Below the pieces are notes generated by a model, which ran no database searches, was not told where the DNA came from, and saw only the letters and a program-made list of their open reading frames with translations. A program made the position numbers and the translations under genes. From contig CM121341.1 of NCBI GenBank assembly GCA_051530055.1, positions 4,132,784-4,196,783 of the forward strand: a DNA stretch of 64,000 nucleotides. The letters are read 5' to 3'. How positions within the stretch are numbered: the stretch's first letter is position 1; each line of letters starts with the position of its first letter. The DNA comes from Neoechinorhynchus agilis. Taxonomy: Eukaryota > Animalia > Acanthocephala. Positions 1-12,149 of the stretch are shown one piece after another.

Positions 1-1839
1 GCAGTGACCGGAAAGGATTGGGAGCCAAACGAAGGTGATTTACAGACCAAATCCGACGCTGATTCGTCAAATAAAAAAACAGATACTGTTTCTAATGGAA
101 ATGCGGATGAACTAAATAAGTGCATAAAGGAGCAAGGGGATATTGTCAGGATGCTCAAAGCAGAGAAAAAACAAAAAGGACTGATTGATCAAGAGGTTCA
201 AAAACTCCTTGAGTTAAAAGCAAAATTTAAAAATGTCTCAGGTAAGGATTGTCAATGCGTAGTGAATCCAAAGAGCACTAAAATTGAACAGAATCGTTTG
301 AAAAGCGCACCGAAACCGGACTCGAAGAAGCAGACGAGATTGTGTATTGAAGCCAAAAAGGAAGAAGATCTAAGTTCGTGGTATTCTGAAGTATTGACCA
401 AAGCAGAAATGATTGAGTATTATGACGTTAGTGGATGTTACATTATGCGACCTTGGTCCTTCAGTATATGGGAGAAGATCCGCAACTATTTGGATGATCG
501 ATTTAGAACTCTTGATGTTCAAAATGCTTATTTTCCTTTATTTGTATCCAAATCTGCTCTCCATAAAGAAGAAACTCATATTGAAGATTTCGCTCCAGAA
601 GTCGCTTGGGTTACTCGCTCGGGTAGTTCTGATTTAGCAGAGGCGATTGCCGTTCGGCCTACAAGTGAAACGATAATGTATCCGGCATACGCTAACTGGA
701 TAAAATCATACCGAGATCTTCCGTTAAAAATCAACCAATGGAATAACGTCGTTAGATGGGAATTCAAGCATCCAACTCCTTTTTTGAGAAGTAGAGAATT
801 TCTGTGGCAAGAAGGGCATACTGCTTACTTGAACAAAGAAGATGCATGTGAGGAGACTAGACAAATTCTTGATTTTTATGCAGAAGTATATGAAAGTTTG
901 TTAGCCGTTCCGGTGGTAAAAGGTCGTAAATCCAACAAGGAAAAGTTTGCAGGGGCGGAATATAGTTTGACAATTGAAGGATTTATACCAAGTAGTGGGC
1001 GAGGGATTCAAGCTGCCACTAGTCACCATCTTGGCCGGAACTTCTCTAAAATGTTTGATATAAAATGTGAGAATCCTGTCTCAGGTGAAATGGAGTTTGT
1101 CTATCAGAACTCATGGGGAATTACAACACGAACAATTGGGGTAATGGTTATGCTTCATGCCGACAATAAAGGATTAATTCTACCTCCAAGAATAGCATAT
1201 TATCAGGTTGTTGTGGTACCGTGTGGATTAAAAGCGTCCACTTCACAAGAAGATGAGAACCGTCTTTTGAGTTATTGCCGAGAGATCACTGAGACTTTAA
1301 GGAGTTCGAATGTCCGGGTTCATTTGGATAACCGAAGTCATGTGAGTCCTGGATGGAAGTTCAATCATTGGGAATTGATGGGCGTTCCACTCAGACTGGA
1401 AATCGGTTTTAGCGAGCTCCAAACAAACAAGGTGTGTGCCGTTCGAAGAGATTCTGGTGAGAAGTTCGATGTTCAAAGGAATGACGAATTCGCGAACTTA
1501 GTCAAGAATACTTTGGATCGTATTCATGACCAAATGCTGGCCAAGTGTCGGAATGAAAGAGAATCAAAGACTTTGACGGTTAACGTTTGGTCTGAATTTG
1601 TGGATGGACTTAAACGAAGGTGCGTTTTGTTAGCTCCGTTTTGTGGAAAGGACGAATGCGAGGTTAAAATTAAGGAAAGAAGTGCAGTTGATGCTGCTGA
1701 CGAAAGTGAACAAGGGCCTCAAATGGGGGCTAAGAGTCTATGTTTTCCCTTCGATGCTCCTGACATGAGTACACTGCCATGTATTAATTGTGGTACCAAG
1801 GACAATATCAAATGTTGTCTGTTTGGAAGAAGTTATTAA
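1..1839 (+). CDS. EPRS1: Bifunctional glutamyl-prolyl-tRNA synthetase, 3' part (end of one WHEP repeat, one full WHEP repeat, ProRS domain); 5'-truncated by window edge
   Basis: Open frame from base 1 (AVTGKDWEP); WHEP-like IKEQGDIVRMLKAEK...VQKLLELKAKFK; ProRS motifs AVRPTSETIMYP, QWNNVVRWEFK, FLRSREFLWQEGHT, QAATSHHLGRNF, QNSWGITTRTIG; C-terminal LFGRSY. No intron in 1.8 kb. Confidence 0.95.
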   Translation, partial: AVTGKDWEPNEGDLQTKSDADSSNKKTDTVSNGNADELNKCIKEQGDIVRMLKAEKKQKGLIDQEVQKLLELKAKFKNVSGKDCQCVVNPKSTKIEQNRLKSAPKPDSKKQTRLCIEAKKEEDLSSWYSEVLTKAEMIEYYDVSGCYIMRPWSFSIWEKIRNYLDDRFRTLDVQNAYFPLFVSKSALHKEETHIEDFAPEVAWVTRSGSSDLAEAIAVRPTSETIMYPAYANWIKSYRDLPLKINQWNNVVRWEFKHPTPFLRSREFLWQEGHTAYLNKEDACEETRQILDFYAEVYESLLAVPVVKGRKSNKEKFAGAEYSLTIEGFIPSSGRGIQAATSHHLGRNFSKMFDIKCENPVSGEMEFVYQNSWGITTRTIGVMVMLHADNKGLILPPRIAYYQVVVVPCGLKASTSQEDENRLLSYCREITETLRSSNVRVHLDNRSHVSPGWKFNHWELMGVPLRLEIGFSELQTNKVCAVRRDSGEKFDVQRNDEFANLVKNTLDRIHDQMLAKCRNERESKTLTVNVWSEFVDGLKRRCVLLAPFCGKDECEVKIKERSAVDAADESEQGPQMGAKSLCFPFDAPDMSTLPCINCGTKDNIKCCLFGRSY

Positions 1840-3164
1840 GGACAATAATGGTTTTAAAACACATAAATTGTGGTAGTTTTTGCTTATAGAAGACTGTATG
1901 ATCGTTTAAAATCCGCTTGACTCTTTTTGAGATTTCGCTGACAAACGAATGGAAAATAGTGATAAGCGAGCAATTAACAAGATTTACGCCCACCAAAAAT
2001 ATTCCTCTCGAACTAATTTGATGATTCATCGCCACTTGTGTCCTTTTAAAAGCTTTTTTTCGGTCGCTAATTGCACCGATACACCAGTGTAATCGGACCG
2101 GTGATTGGGTTTATCTGTTTGAAACAAGCACAAAAAATGGTAGTCAAACAATGCGAATGAACATTTGTCAACAAAACCCAATCCTCATCGGCTTTTATTA
2201 TCAAAGTAGAGTTTACAGATTTTACATTATTGCGAAATACTTTGATTGAACTGTTTTTTTAATGGTGTCTGTGCGTTTGTTTGTGTTTCTCAAAGGTAAA
2301 ACGCAATGCAATAGCAGCGATTCTAGAATTTTGCGGCGACAAAAGCCTACTATATAATCAATTCGATGTTTAAAATGGTGTTTGATTTAGATCGTGAATG
2401 GGTTTGTCGCTGATCAAAAAAGTGTTAAAGCGACGATCGTCGTTATTACCCGGATAAATCGTGCAATTTAAACCTCAAATACTCACATGATTTTCGCAAA
2501 AAATAGAATTCCGACGGCAGTTTTTGTTACACGTATTTTTCTTGGATGCTTCTTTAAGGCTACAAATCCAAATGCGCTTTAAATTGGATTAAAAGTAAAA
2601 CTGATTCCCGAAGTTTCTGCACCCTCCATTGAGGCTTGACATTCGACTAAATCCAATTTCCTGCATGTCCGAGAGAGCTACAAAGCTGGAATTATTTTAA
2701 ATGAACTTAAGAGCACAACCAACACACAATAACCAAAAACACTCGACTAAGCACTTCTTAGTGATATATTTAAACAATATTCAACTGAGAAATGAAGCAT
2801 ATAAAATGTCAGAATGCTTCTTCTAGTCAACGATCCGAATTCTTATTGAACTGAGAATTGAACTTTTTGCTCTCTATGTTCTAACATCAATGAACTATTG
2901 ATTTCAGAATGATTGTGTACAAAATGGAACTTTTATAAAATGGTAATTATCATGTATTGCATTCGATTAAAAAGATAATTTATGTTATATTCTTCACCAT
3001 TTATAGTTATTTTTGTGCAAACCGTACACAAAAACACTTAAAAGGGAATTAATTTAAAAAAAACCTCCATATTTTCGGGCAAACTCGGCTTACCACCTCC
3101 AATAGATGAAAAATCACTTTTTCGTTCGAATCTTTCATTTGAAATCTTTAAGATACTATAAACC

Positions 3165-3245
3165 CTATGCCTCCGTCCTTTCGACCGTTACACCAAGACG
3201 GCAGCTGAGGGATCCAGAAAGGCGGTGGTGTGGATGATATTGTGG
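3165..3245 (+). mobile_element. 3' tip of CRE-like non-LTR retrotransposon
   Basis: Reads ASVLSTVTPRRQL; near-identical to the 3' ends at ~9150-9210 (reverse) and ~23770-23840. Confidence 0.6.
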
Positions 3246-3294
3246 CTTAAAATGAAGTTCCTGTATTTAAAAAAAATAATTGATTTCCTTCTTC

Positions 3295-3790
3295 AATCTA
3301 TCTAAAATGCACCCAAGAAGCACTCAATTTCGTTTATCCGATGGGATCCGCAGATTGAATGTGTAATCCGCACACTATCGCCGAACTCAGTCTTCTTTAA
3401 AGCTGCTCTTCGGTGCTCGGCAATCCTTTAGATTGTTCGTTTGTCCCACACATATGAGATAGATTGCAATTCGAACATGGGATCTTATAGACACATCCAG
3501 CAGGAACATCCTCATTCTTCGGTCCGAGTATTCCTTGGAGAGTCCTGCCCTTCCTGTGGTTATCAATCTTTTTGATCGCAGTTTCCATTTTTGAGTTCCA
3601 TAGACCACTGAAGTGATTCTTTTCTTTGGTGATAGCCTTTCTTAAATTTGCCAATGTATCTCTTTAAATATCCACTCTCTTTTAAACTACTACTATAAAT
3701 CCAATCGAGCTCATCTTTGAGGCTCATTTCAACGGAACAAAATCTAAATGCCCTGATGGGTTGAGATGAGATCCACGGCACCACGTTTTC
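3295..3790 (-). mobile_element. Penelope-like element remnant (RT thumb to GIY-YIG)
   Basis: Fragments ELDWIYSSSLKESGY and GCVYKIPCSNC (GIY-YIG-type VYxIxCxxC); frameshifted. The ~80 bp at 3294-3370 recurs at ~22700-22775. Confidence 0.75.
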
Positions 3791-3964
3791 TATAGACCGA
3801 TGTCATGAATCCTTTCCTTGTTCCGGTGACAGCTATTCAATTTTTTTGGAGCTGTTCGGTTGAATTTGTGCTGGGATCTTCGCTATAAAAAAGTAAATGA
3901 TCAACATCTTTACTATAAACCCGATGAATGTGTTCTTTAGTGATGAGAGAAGAATAGATATTGA

Positions 3965-4083
3965 TTTATTGTTCTCAATATTTCGTCCGTCTTGTCGGAC
4001 TTCTTCAGGTTGCTTGTAGCTTAAATAGTAAAAAACTTACAAGCAATCAAAAGAAGTCGGACGAAATATTGAGAACAATAAAA
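3965..4083. repeat. Short foldback element with degenerate hammerhead core
   Basis: ttattgttctcaatatttcgtccg and cggacgaaatattgagaacaataa are inverted repeats. Minus strand has CTGAAGA-A-GTCCG/CGGAC-GAAA-TATT, but stem I does not pair. Confidence 0.7.
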
Positions 4084-4439
4084 CAGTCTCTATTTTTATA
4101 ATTAACAAAGAACACATAAACTAACTTCAGCCGTGTAAATGACTTCAAATAGTTTTTGTTTTTCGCAGACAATGCAACCGAGAGTTCTGGGCATTTTCCC
4201 AACTTTAATAAACTCCTAAAGAAGCCCAAAAACGGCGAAAGCTCGGAAATAAAGATTTTTCTTTATCATTACAATAGCCCGTTTAATTGTCGATTTAAAA
4301 GCAATACTTGATTCACAAATAAATTATATTATTACATATCTCAAAGCGTTTGTAATTAGAATGTATGTACATATTTGGTGCACGTCTAAATTGGCTAAAG
4401 CTCTTGAATGCATTCATTATCTAGGCAACTGTTCAACTG

Positions 4440-4934
4440 ATGCTGAAGCTCGTGATCATCGTCTTAGTTGTTATCGGACTTATTTCATCCGAACGACGAA
4501 GATTGCTCATCAATTTGACGAAACAAAATTTGACGGATGCTGGTCAAATTCGCACTATAGTCTGGTCGAAACGAGCAGTGTATGAGCCAGAATTTTACCA
4601 AGAAGATGACAAAAACGAATCTGAAGATTTGACGAAGATTTTAGGAGTTGTTGCTTTCATACCAATCACGGACGATAAAACGATGATCGCTTGCAAGAAA
4701 CCATTCGGTGAATATTCGCAACCTTTCCTGTTACCAGAATTACCTCCAATGTTGCCACTGATAACGGAGAATTCAGCTAATTTATTACCGTTGAATTTGA
4801 CGGATATTCAAAGTCTTAAGTTCGCCAATGAAGAAATGGATACGAGTTTTGACCCCTTTGATGATTATCCAGAGCATGAAGTTGAGAGTGAAGAACGTTT
4901 AAGACCTAGAAGTCATATATTTGGATTTGAATAG
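4440..4934 (+). CDS. Orphan secreted protein, 164 aa
   Basis: Intact ORF with hydrophobic N-terminus (MLKLVIIVLVVIGLISS), acidic C-terminal half, aataataataaa downstream; no recognised domain. Confidence 0.65.
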   Translation: MLKLVIIVLVVIGLISSERRRLLINLTKQNLTDAGQIRTIVWSKRAVYEPEFYQEDDKNESEDLTKILGVVAFIPITDDKTMIACKKPFGEYSQPFLLPELPPMLPLITENSANLLPLNLTDIQSLKFANEEMDTSFDPFDDYPEHEVESEERLRPRSHIFGFE

Positions 4935-5249
4935 TAGCAGCGCATATGAAGGAACGTAGATTTAGATTTTAGAAGACGTCTCTTATTACGATAATAATAA
5001 ATTAGTGGTTTAATTTTAGCTATTTAACTTTAAACATTTATCTATGATCGTTAATGACATCGAAGTCCACGAAGGGAGCAATAAAATATTCGCAAAAAAT
5101 ACCATCGTTAATTTTTAGCTTCAAACTAACCTTCATAGTATTCAAATCTGAAAGCAGTCATGAATTTTATAGATCAAACAGAAAAGCAATGATTGTGAAT
5201 TAGCTTTGAAAATTCAAAAAGTATCGAAATGCTATCTGAACCCCTCGAC

Positions 5250-5470
5250 ATCGAGAATCACAATGCGATTTCCTTTTTTGGACGTTCACTAAGGGGAATA
5301 ATGGAGGCTAAATTCATTGGCCAGGTTGAAAACAGTTGAAGGGAATAAGGCGAACTGTACCGAAATATCGGATTTTATAAAATTCCTTCGATTTCCCACT
5401 AGAAACAAACACGAACAATTCAATTTTAAAGCAATTTTTTATAGCCATCAGAAGCATCTACGCTAAATGT
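5250..5470 (+). mobile_element. Possible Penelope-like RT remnant
   Basis: FPFLDV motif followed by stop-ridden sequence. Confidence 0.35.
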
Positions 5471-5933
5471 TTATTTGATTTATAGCTCCATTTCGTGTGT
5501 CATTTAAACATTTTCGTCCAAAACTAAGTAATTTCCGCAGTTTAGAGTTTTGATAGAATTTTTCCAAAGCTTAACTTTAATAAAATAAGACCTGCCCTAA
5601 AATCAATTAAAAATTTTTCTAAATGTGCGTTTCAAATAGAGAATTTCATATCGAGAACATTTGCAATGTCTTTTTGGCATTTACAGCCTACGATTGTTTA
5701 TTCTCACCGCAAAATTTTTGAAATCCTTATTTGATCAAATGAAATTAATTACCTGTACTTTGTAGAATTTGACTGATGATTATTCTAGAATCAAATGCGA
5801 CCTTTGTGTTGTTAAAATAATTTTCGAAGAATTCGCGTTAACGCAGATTATTCTCCTTCGCTCGATAAAAAAAAGTAGCATTTATTTGCGAATTATCCGG
5901 TACAGTTAATGAAACCAATCCTTTACTCCTGGA

Positions 5934-6107
5934 TTAAAGACACAAGATTGAGACGAGGGCATGAATTATTCCAGGAACAAATCCCAATAATGTGAGCAGA
6001 ATATTTATAACAACATTGCAGCTGCAGGAATTATCCTTCAGAAACACTGCCAATGGTGGGAGGACGATAGAAATGATGACAAGAACCAGAGTATACAGAA
6101 AATCCAT
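5934..6107 (-). CDS. Pmp3/UPF0057 (YqaE-like) proteolipid membrane protein, 57 aa
   Basis: MDFLYTLVLVIISIVLPPLAVFLK...VVINILLTLLGFVPGIIHAL matches the family pattern ILPPLAV...INILLTLLGxxPGIIHA; internal ATG at 6107 preferred over the GTG of the ORF track. Confidence 0.9.
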   Translation of the reverse strand: MDFLYTLVLVIISIVLPPLAVFLKDNSCSCNVVINILLTLLGFVPGIIHALVSILCL

Positions 6108-6401
6108 CTTTCTCTCACTCGTTCTCTTTTTCAGGATCTCTGCTTTATGCTTTTGGTTAGCAACGCAGACTACGTGCAAGAATACGTGATATTCCTCTAG
6201 TTCTCATGTGATCCCGTAAATTTCGTAGAGGAGAACCCTATTCGGTTGCAAATGTTTTAGTCTTAAAAAGAAGATAAATATTCTATTTCCTATCATTTTA
6301 ATAGTAGAGTCAAGTCGTTCACAATCGATTAGGAGTTTAGACAGATTTTTGAAGAAAAAAACCACTTACGATGTGGAAAAACAAACACCCAACTAAAGGT
6401 T

Positions 6402-7587
6402 TTATTTCAAATCAGAATCGCTATCTAACGACAAAGGGAAACCAAAAGGGATAAAAGTTGACTTTGGTCTCGGAGGAAGACGCGGTGGTTCTGCAACGGA
6501 CATCAATCGATCATAAATCCTGTCCCCTTGCTCATATTTATCTTCGTTCGGAAAAATTTCAAAACACGATATTCTGTTTTGACCTCTTATCCTCCTATCT
6601 CTTCCAACAGTTGATTTTGTTATCCTGAAAGCTGAATCCATTGCCTGGCTAACTCGTTCTCCCTGTTAATTTTATGAATTTTAATAAGTTAATGCCGGTA
6701 AACCAAAAAACCTTTGCATCCTTCACTTTAAATGCGTAGCAAATAAAACACTCCGTAAGATCGTCGATGCATATAAACGCCACTGAGTAGGGGAATAGCT
6801 CATCACTCGAACAGTAAGATATTCCCTCGATTATTTGGTCAATCAATATTTCCTTTTATGGATTAAGTACCGAAAAAATAAAAAAACTTACCTGATACTT
6901 CCCTTCTTTTATAAATCGAAATCCATCAACGCAAATGTACAAAGTTCCTCGTAGCTTATTCTTCTAAATAAATTAAATAGATATCACTATTGTGATTTTT
7001 GCTTCTAATATCGATTCCCTTTTTGCGTTATTGCACAATATTATGCTTAGTGGTAATTGATTTAATTTTTAAGTTTTAATAATTCTTTTTACAACGTCCT
7101 TGTGGGATACTACCAGGAGCGTCCCACTACTTTCGTAAGGGATTTTCCAACGAAATAAAAACTTTATAACCAGCTTAATAAATGGCTTTATGGAGTTAAT
7201 ACCTTTCTTTGAAAAGATTGAATAACACCTGAACAAATATACGCTCCCCGCGAATCGCAAACAATCTTACTGCCAAGATACTAAAAAGATTTTGTGAGTT
7301 TAATTTTTGCCTGAAAAAAAAACAAATCCTTTTACCTTCACACTGAACCTGCAAGTACCTTCTTTGATTCTTTGAATGTCATAGAATCGTTCGTCCACTA
7401 AATTTGGCCTAAGAATCTCCATCGCAGGAGTAAAGGGCCGACAAATATCTTTCTCAAGAAGGCTGATATTATCCTTTCCATTGCCCGTAAACCTGAAAAA
7501 TTCCAGTATTCAAGAACACAAAGTGTTGGTCCCAACACACCTTTTCTTGACAGCACTGAAAATCGATCCAAACGGCTGGGTCTTCAT
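6402..7587 (-). CDS. Numb-like PTB (PID) domain protein, paralog 1, 6 exons, 251 aa (exons 7587-7541, 7492-7336, 7280-7203, 6963-6892, 6852-6712, 6662-6402)
   Basis: All introns GT-AG (48, 55, 239, 39, 49 bp). Spliced product is in frame and reads GTCRFSVKYLGSKIVCDSRGAYICSGVIQSF...ILIDQIIEGISYC...FICYAF...GERVSQAMDSAF, matching the Numb PTB pattern as recalled. Start codon is the least certain part. Confidence 0.85.
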
Positions 7588-9149
7588 TTTTGTCGTTGAT
7601 AATGTAGAGAAGTGAGAATAAAGCTCTCTCGGTCGCGATTTCGAACTGCACACCTTGATGTAATTTTTGCGCTTTGGTGTGTTTCAATGTCCATAAGTGC
7701 AAATGAGCGGAGTTTCTAATTGAACGTTGTATGTGAATCTCAAAAGGCAAAGCATTCGTAATCTAAAATTAGAAATCACGATTGTGTGTCATTTTTAATT
7801 AAGTGAAGATAATCCTTTGATCTTAACCATGACAGGTGCAGCATTTGCCTTGGTAAATTACCGAATATTTTAACCTCTCATTTCGCTGACTTTTTTTAGA
7901 TCTTTCAATATTTGTACCGAATCCCTCGTATTTCAAAAACGTAAAACCAATATCCAAATCGCGATATTTCCAAAACTCGGATTTGAGGAACTTCAGAATT
8001 GCATTTTTGATTTTTATCTAACACTTTATACACTAAAATTTCCGATGGGAACGGCGAAACATCTATTTCATCTACTACTTTGAGGAGGATGTATCCACCG
8101 TTCACTTTTTCAACCTCCTTTGTTGCTGAAACCAGCCATTTTAAAACCTTGACGAGCATCAATTATCTCAATGGCGAAAAGTTTTTAAAATGTAGAGCGA
8201 CGGATCGAGGCATTTGTATTTCTCCCTTTTTTTCAATGATATTTTCTCCAATTCAACGGCTCCTGAAACTTAAAATCGATTTAAAAGAAGGTTATTCGGA
8301 CCACATCGGCACGCGATCGTTTTAGTCTTAATAACCGGTTGCTCGAATTAACCGGATTTGATTATATTGGAATAATGGCCGTGTATGTTTTCAGAGTGTT
8401 AATATTTCACCGAGTAAGCGTATTTAGTTGGAAAATCACAGTACAAGCTTTTTTAATGAAATCCGTACTCCTCGTACCGAAGTTTTACAGACTTTTAGGG
8501 TTAATTATAGTTCAAATATACAAAAACAAAAAGGCTTTGTTTTACATCGAAATATCTTGATTTAATATAATTGTTAAAAGACGGCTCAGCGTTTGCGTGT
8601 AGTATAAGATGATAATTGCAAACCAATTGGATATTATACTTCAAAAGCAAATTATATATGCCTTCATAACAGGTACAAGAATATGTTCCTCGTTGTCTTC
8701 GAGACAGTCCTTTACGGGTCCTCCACATCCAATAAATTCTGCGATCTTCTACAAATCGATCTTTGGTGCGATACATAAATCAGAACTATAATTATTAGCG
8801 AAACTCGAGCCAGGCGCTTATTTTAATGGGTTCCTAAAGACTGATTAGAGAAATGTTCATCTCCAAGCCAGCGTTCTACGCTTATTTTCAAATCTGGAAT
8901 TTATTGAAGATGAGGATATTGCTTCTCTGGATGTCAAGTGTCCCGCGACTAAATCGAGTGTCATGCGACTTGGATTCTTAAGCAAAAGACTTTTAAGGAA
9001 AGTGGATCTGCAATTTTTGTAATTTAACTTTCAATATTGTAACGGATAAGTCTTTTAAATTTAAAAAGTCCATTATTGCTCTTTTTATTAGACAAAGCAG
9101 TAAATTTAAGATATTATAAACTCCATTGTAAAATCATTCACACCACCGC

Positions 9150-9850
9150 TCTGGATCACTCACTCAGTTGCGTCCTGGTGTAACGGTCGAAAGGGCGAAT
9201 GCAGCGTTCCTTCCCGTTGCACAGCAAAACTTATGTTTTGGAGGAGGAATGCTCCTGCCCTCGGATCGCCAGTGATTCGTCTCAATCTCTTGAACAATTG
9301 CTTGACCAGGTCCTGGGCCGCGGTACCAAACTACTCGAGTGTCTCGACGCCAAAGGAACAAAATAATGATTTCGGCTTGTATTTAATCTTTTTGCAGACC
9401 TCAGCGGCGGTTGCTCCTCCTCCGGTTTAATAGTGGCGAATATTATGTTACTGGCTGCGAATGGCGTCCCAGAGAAGGCATTTTCCTTCTCGCCACGGGA
9501 ATACTGTGACACCGTCCAGTCTACGGCCATCGAATCGGCAAAGATTGCTCGGCTCAAGGATATTGGGCGCATTCACAGTGTTGAGGGCACGACTGAGAGA
9601 ATTACTTTCATTTTGGCGTGTCGTGAATTGCCCACAGACGAGACCATGGCGTCCCGGCGGTTCCACGGTCGTTCCGCAACGGCAGCGAATCAGTGCCCCA
9701 AGTCGCAGGGACACTGCAATCCTTACTTTGTCGTCGGAGGGTACCCACAGAAGCGATTGGGAGAGCGTTGAGTCAAGCACCGGATTCTCTTGTGGAGACG
9801 TCCGTCAATCGAGTTCGGTTCACCAGGTCACGAATCTGAAATTAAAGAGT
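9150..9850 (-). mobile_element. CRE-like non-LTR retrotransposon 3' fragment (CCHC + REL endonuclease)
   Basis: CRCG...GRHGLVC, NILEPSNLCRFDGRRLDGVTVFPWREGKCLLWD, YFVPFGVETLE; frameshifted. Confidence 0.85.
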
Positions 9851-10422
9851 TAAGAATTCTCGCTACCAGAAGTGAGTCCCAAACTGATTGTTTGCAACCA
9901 TTGACGGGCTGCCTAAGAGCCTCCATGAAATTTTCATCCAAAGTGTAATTCGTGCCAAGAAAGGATTGAACTATTTTGCGGCTTGCTTCACACGATCCCA
10001 AATAAGCTGACCGAAGAAAAACCTGAATTTATTTCATTAAAGATCATCGTCGCGTGTTCTAAACAAAAACTCTGCTACGTACGAGCGTTCAGTTAAACCA
10101 TAAAAATCGCGTTAAATCTATATCAAAGGAAACAAAGTGCAATATCGTTATCTGAACAATGATTTTTAATTTGACTCAGCCGAGAGCCACCGACTTAGAC
10201 TTTAATGCTGTATGACGATTCGGAATGTTCTTGTTTTCTTTGGCTTAATTTGTTTGGATTACAGCGCATTTATGGTCAAAGTTAAAAATAGCTACTGAAA
10301 ATATTTAGCCGTAAAATGAAACAGTGGCGTTTTTTTTCGAATTAAAATCAGCTGTTGTCGATCGCTAAAAGTCACTTATTGCCCATCAACAAAAGTGATA
10401 CTCTAATTGTTTTTACTGAAAA

Positions 10423-11289
10423 TTATGAAGAGATAAAGTTTTCAAATTTAAACTGTTTTTCATTGCGTCGAGACAACCATATAGCAGAATATATCGCATT
10501 GCAGACTCGTTTTCCCTATTTAAGAAAGATTTCATACAATAGATGTTTTGAAATCCAACAAACCTCTATTTTTTCGACCTTAAACGCATGGCAGATATTG
10601 CTATTGGTTACTTCATCAACACATATCATGGCCATATATTGAGGATAACGCTCATCACTGGAACAAAAGGAAATACTATTGGGTATTTGATCGATCAATA
10701 GCTCCTTAAAGCACAATTATAAGTTTCAGTTTTTATCATTGATCTTACCGGATACTTTCCGTCGGTTGTTAGTCTCAATCCGTCCATAGAGATGTGTAAC
10801 GTTGCTTTTATTTTCGTTTTCTGGTTTAAAATTAAAAATACAATTTAGAAAGCGTATAAAAATTAAGATTTTAAAACGATTTAAAGCATTTGATAATACA
10901 ATTAGGAATAAACGAAATATACCTTTACATCATGGAGCGATTGAATTGCGGTCGAGCAAAAATAGGCGCCTCGCGAACTGGAAACTATTTGTTTGCCCAT
11001 GTACTGAAATTAGTTTTAAAACACGACTAAACATGGCTTCTAACCTTAACATAAAAATGACAATTACCCATCAGAATCCTTTTAAAGTCATGTACAGTCT
11101 CGTCTTCGCCGTTGGATATACAAAGCGATTTACGATGAAACTCTTGATGTTTGAACTTTTCTTCAATAATCATGCGCTCGCCGTCTTCTCTTCTATTAGG
11201 CAGTTTAACGAACTTAATCAAAAAACCATATTTTGTACCACTCACTTGTTTCTAAGATATACCGAGCAGAGAAATTTGGGATATGTCAT
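10423..11289 (-). CDS. Numb-like PTB domain protein, paralog 2, 6 exons, ~192 aa (exons 11289-11246, 11192-11045, 11003-10923, 10820-10749, 10704-10564, 10515-10423)
   Basis: Same intron positions and phases as paralog 1 (53, 41, 102, 44, 48 bp, all GT-AG). Reads GNCHFYVKYMGKQIVSSSRGAYFCSTAIQSL...LLIDQIPNSISFC...ICHAF...GKRVCNAIYSA. First exon is less certain. Confidence 0.8.
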
Positions 11290-11499
11290 GGTGTCTCTAA
11301 TGAACAATTCATAAGCAAAAATCATAGACATCGTTCATAATGAGTTTTGTTGATCAAGCGTACAAAAACACTTTAACACAAATACGCAAAGATCAACAAA
11401 ACATTGATTACACAGTGTGGCAATTTGCGTGTGGATTTTTTAGAGTTCCGATTTTTTCTTCGCCTGAAATCATTTGCCTTCCACACTTCTCCTTGACAA

Positions 11500-12080
11500 T
11501 TCAAGACAAGTGGGTCTTTGGTTGATGCTTTCGGGCGACACGGTCTCGTCTGCAGAAGGTCAGCAGGAAGGTTTTCACGCCATTCTGAAATCAATAACGT
11601 AATTTCTCGGGCGTTGAGAACGGCGAACTTCCCGAACATCCTGGAACCCGCCCACCTCTGCAGACTAGACGGCCGTAGGCCCGATGGAATTTCGGTCTTC
11701 CCGTGGCGGGAGGGCAAATGCCTTCTCTGGGACGCCACGTGTGTGGACACCCTCGCAGCCAGCAACATCCCCTACTCCCTCGAAATCGCCGGTGGTGCCG
11801 CCAGTGCAGCGGAAGGGAGGAAGGTACGAAAATATATTGATTTAGCAAGGGGCCACTATTTTGTCCCCTTCAGAGTAGAGACGCATCGAACGCTTGGCAG
11901 CTCGGCACTCTCTCTGCTCCAGGATCTCTCGAAGAAATTGAGAGAGGCAACCGGAGACTCAAGAGCAGGCTTATTTCTTCGACAAAATATCTCGCTGGCA
12001 GTACAACGGGGCAATGCTGCTAGCGTGATAGCGACAGCCGAGGAAGGACAAAAGCTGGAATTTGGTGGGAGGTGGTGAAT
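11500..12080 (+). mobile_element. CRE-like retrotransposon 3' fragment with intact REL-domain frame
   Basis: ORF 11518-12078: GRHGLVCRRSAGRFSRHSEIN, RRPDG, LLWDATCVDTLA, YFVPFRVET, ISLAVQRGNAASV. Confidence 0.9.
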
Positions 12081-12149
12081 GTAAAGAAAAGTAACCAAAT
12101 AGAAAACAATACTGCCTTTATATATTCAAGACAAGGGTAATTATCAATC

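Noticed and set aside
7469-7750. 93-aa minus-strand ORF as a separate gene
   Set aside because: Overlaps the first exon and 5' region of the Numb-like gene in a different frame; no homology recognised.
8840-9020. Host exon (VLRLFSNLEFIEDEDIASLDVK)
   Set aside because: IASLDVK resembles the Penelope RT motif, so a decayed PLE is more likely; too short to call either way.
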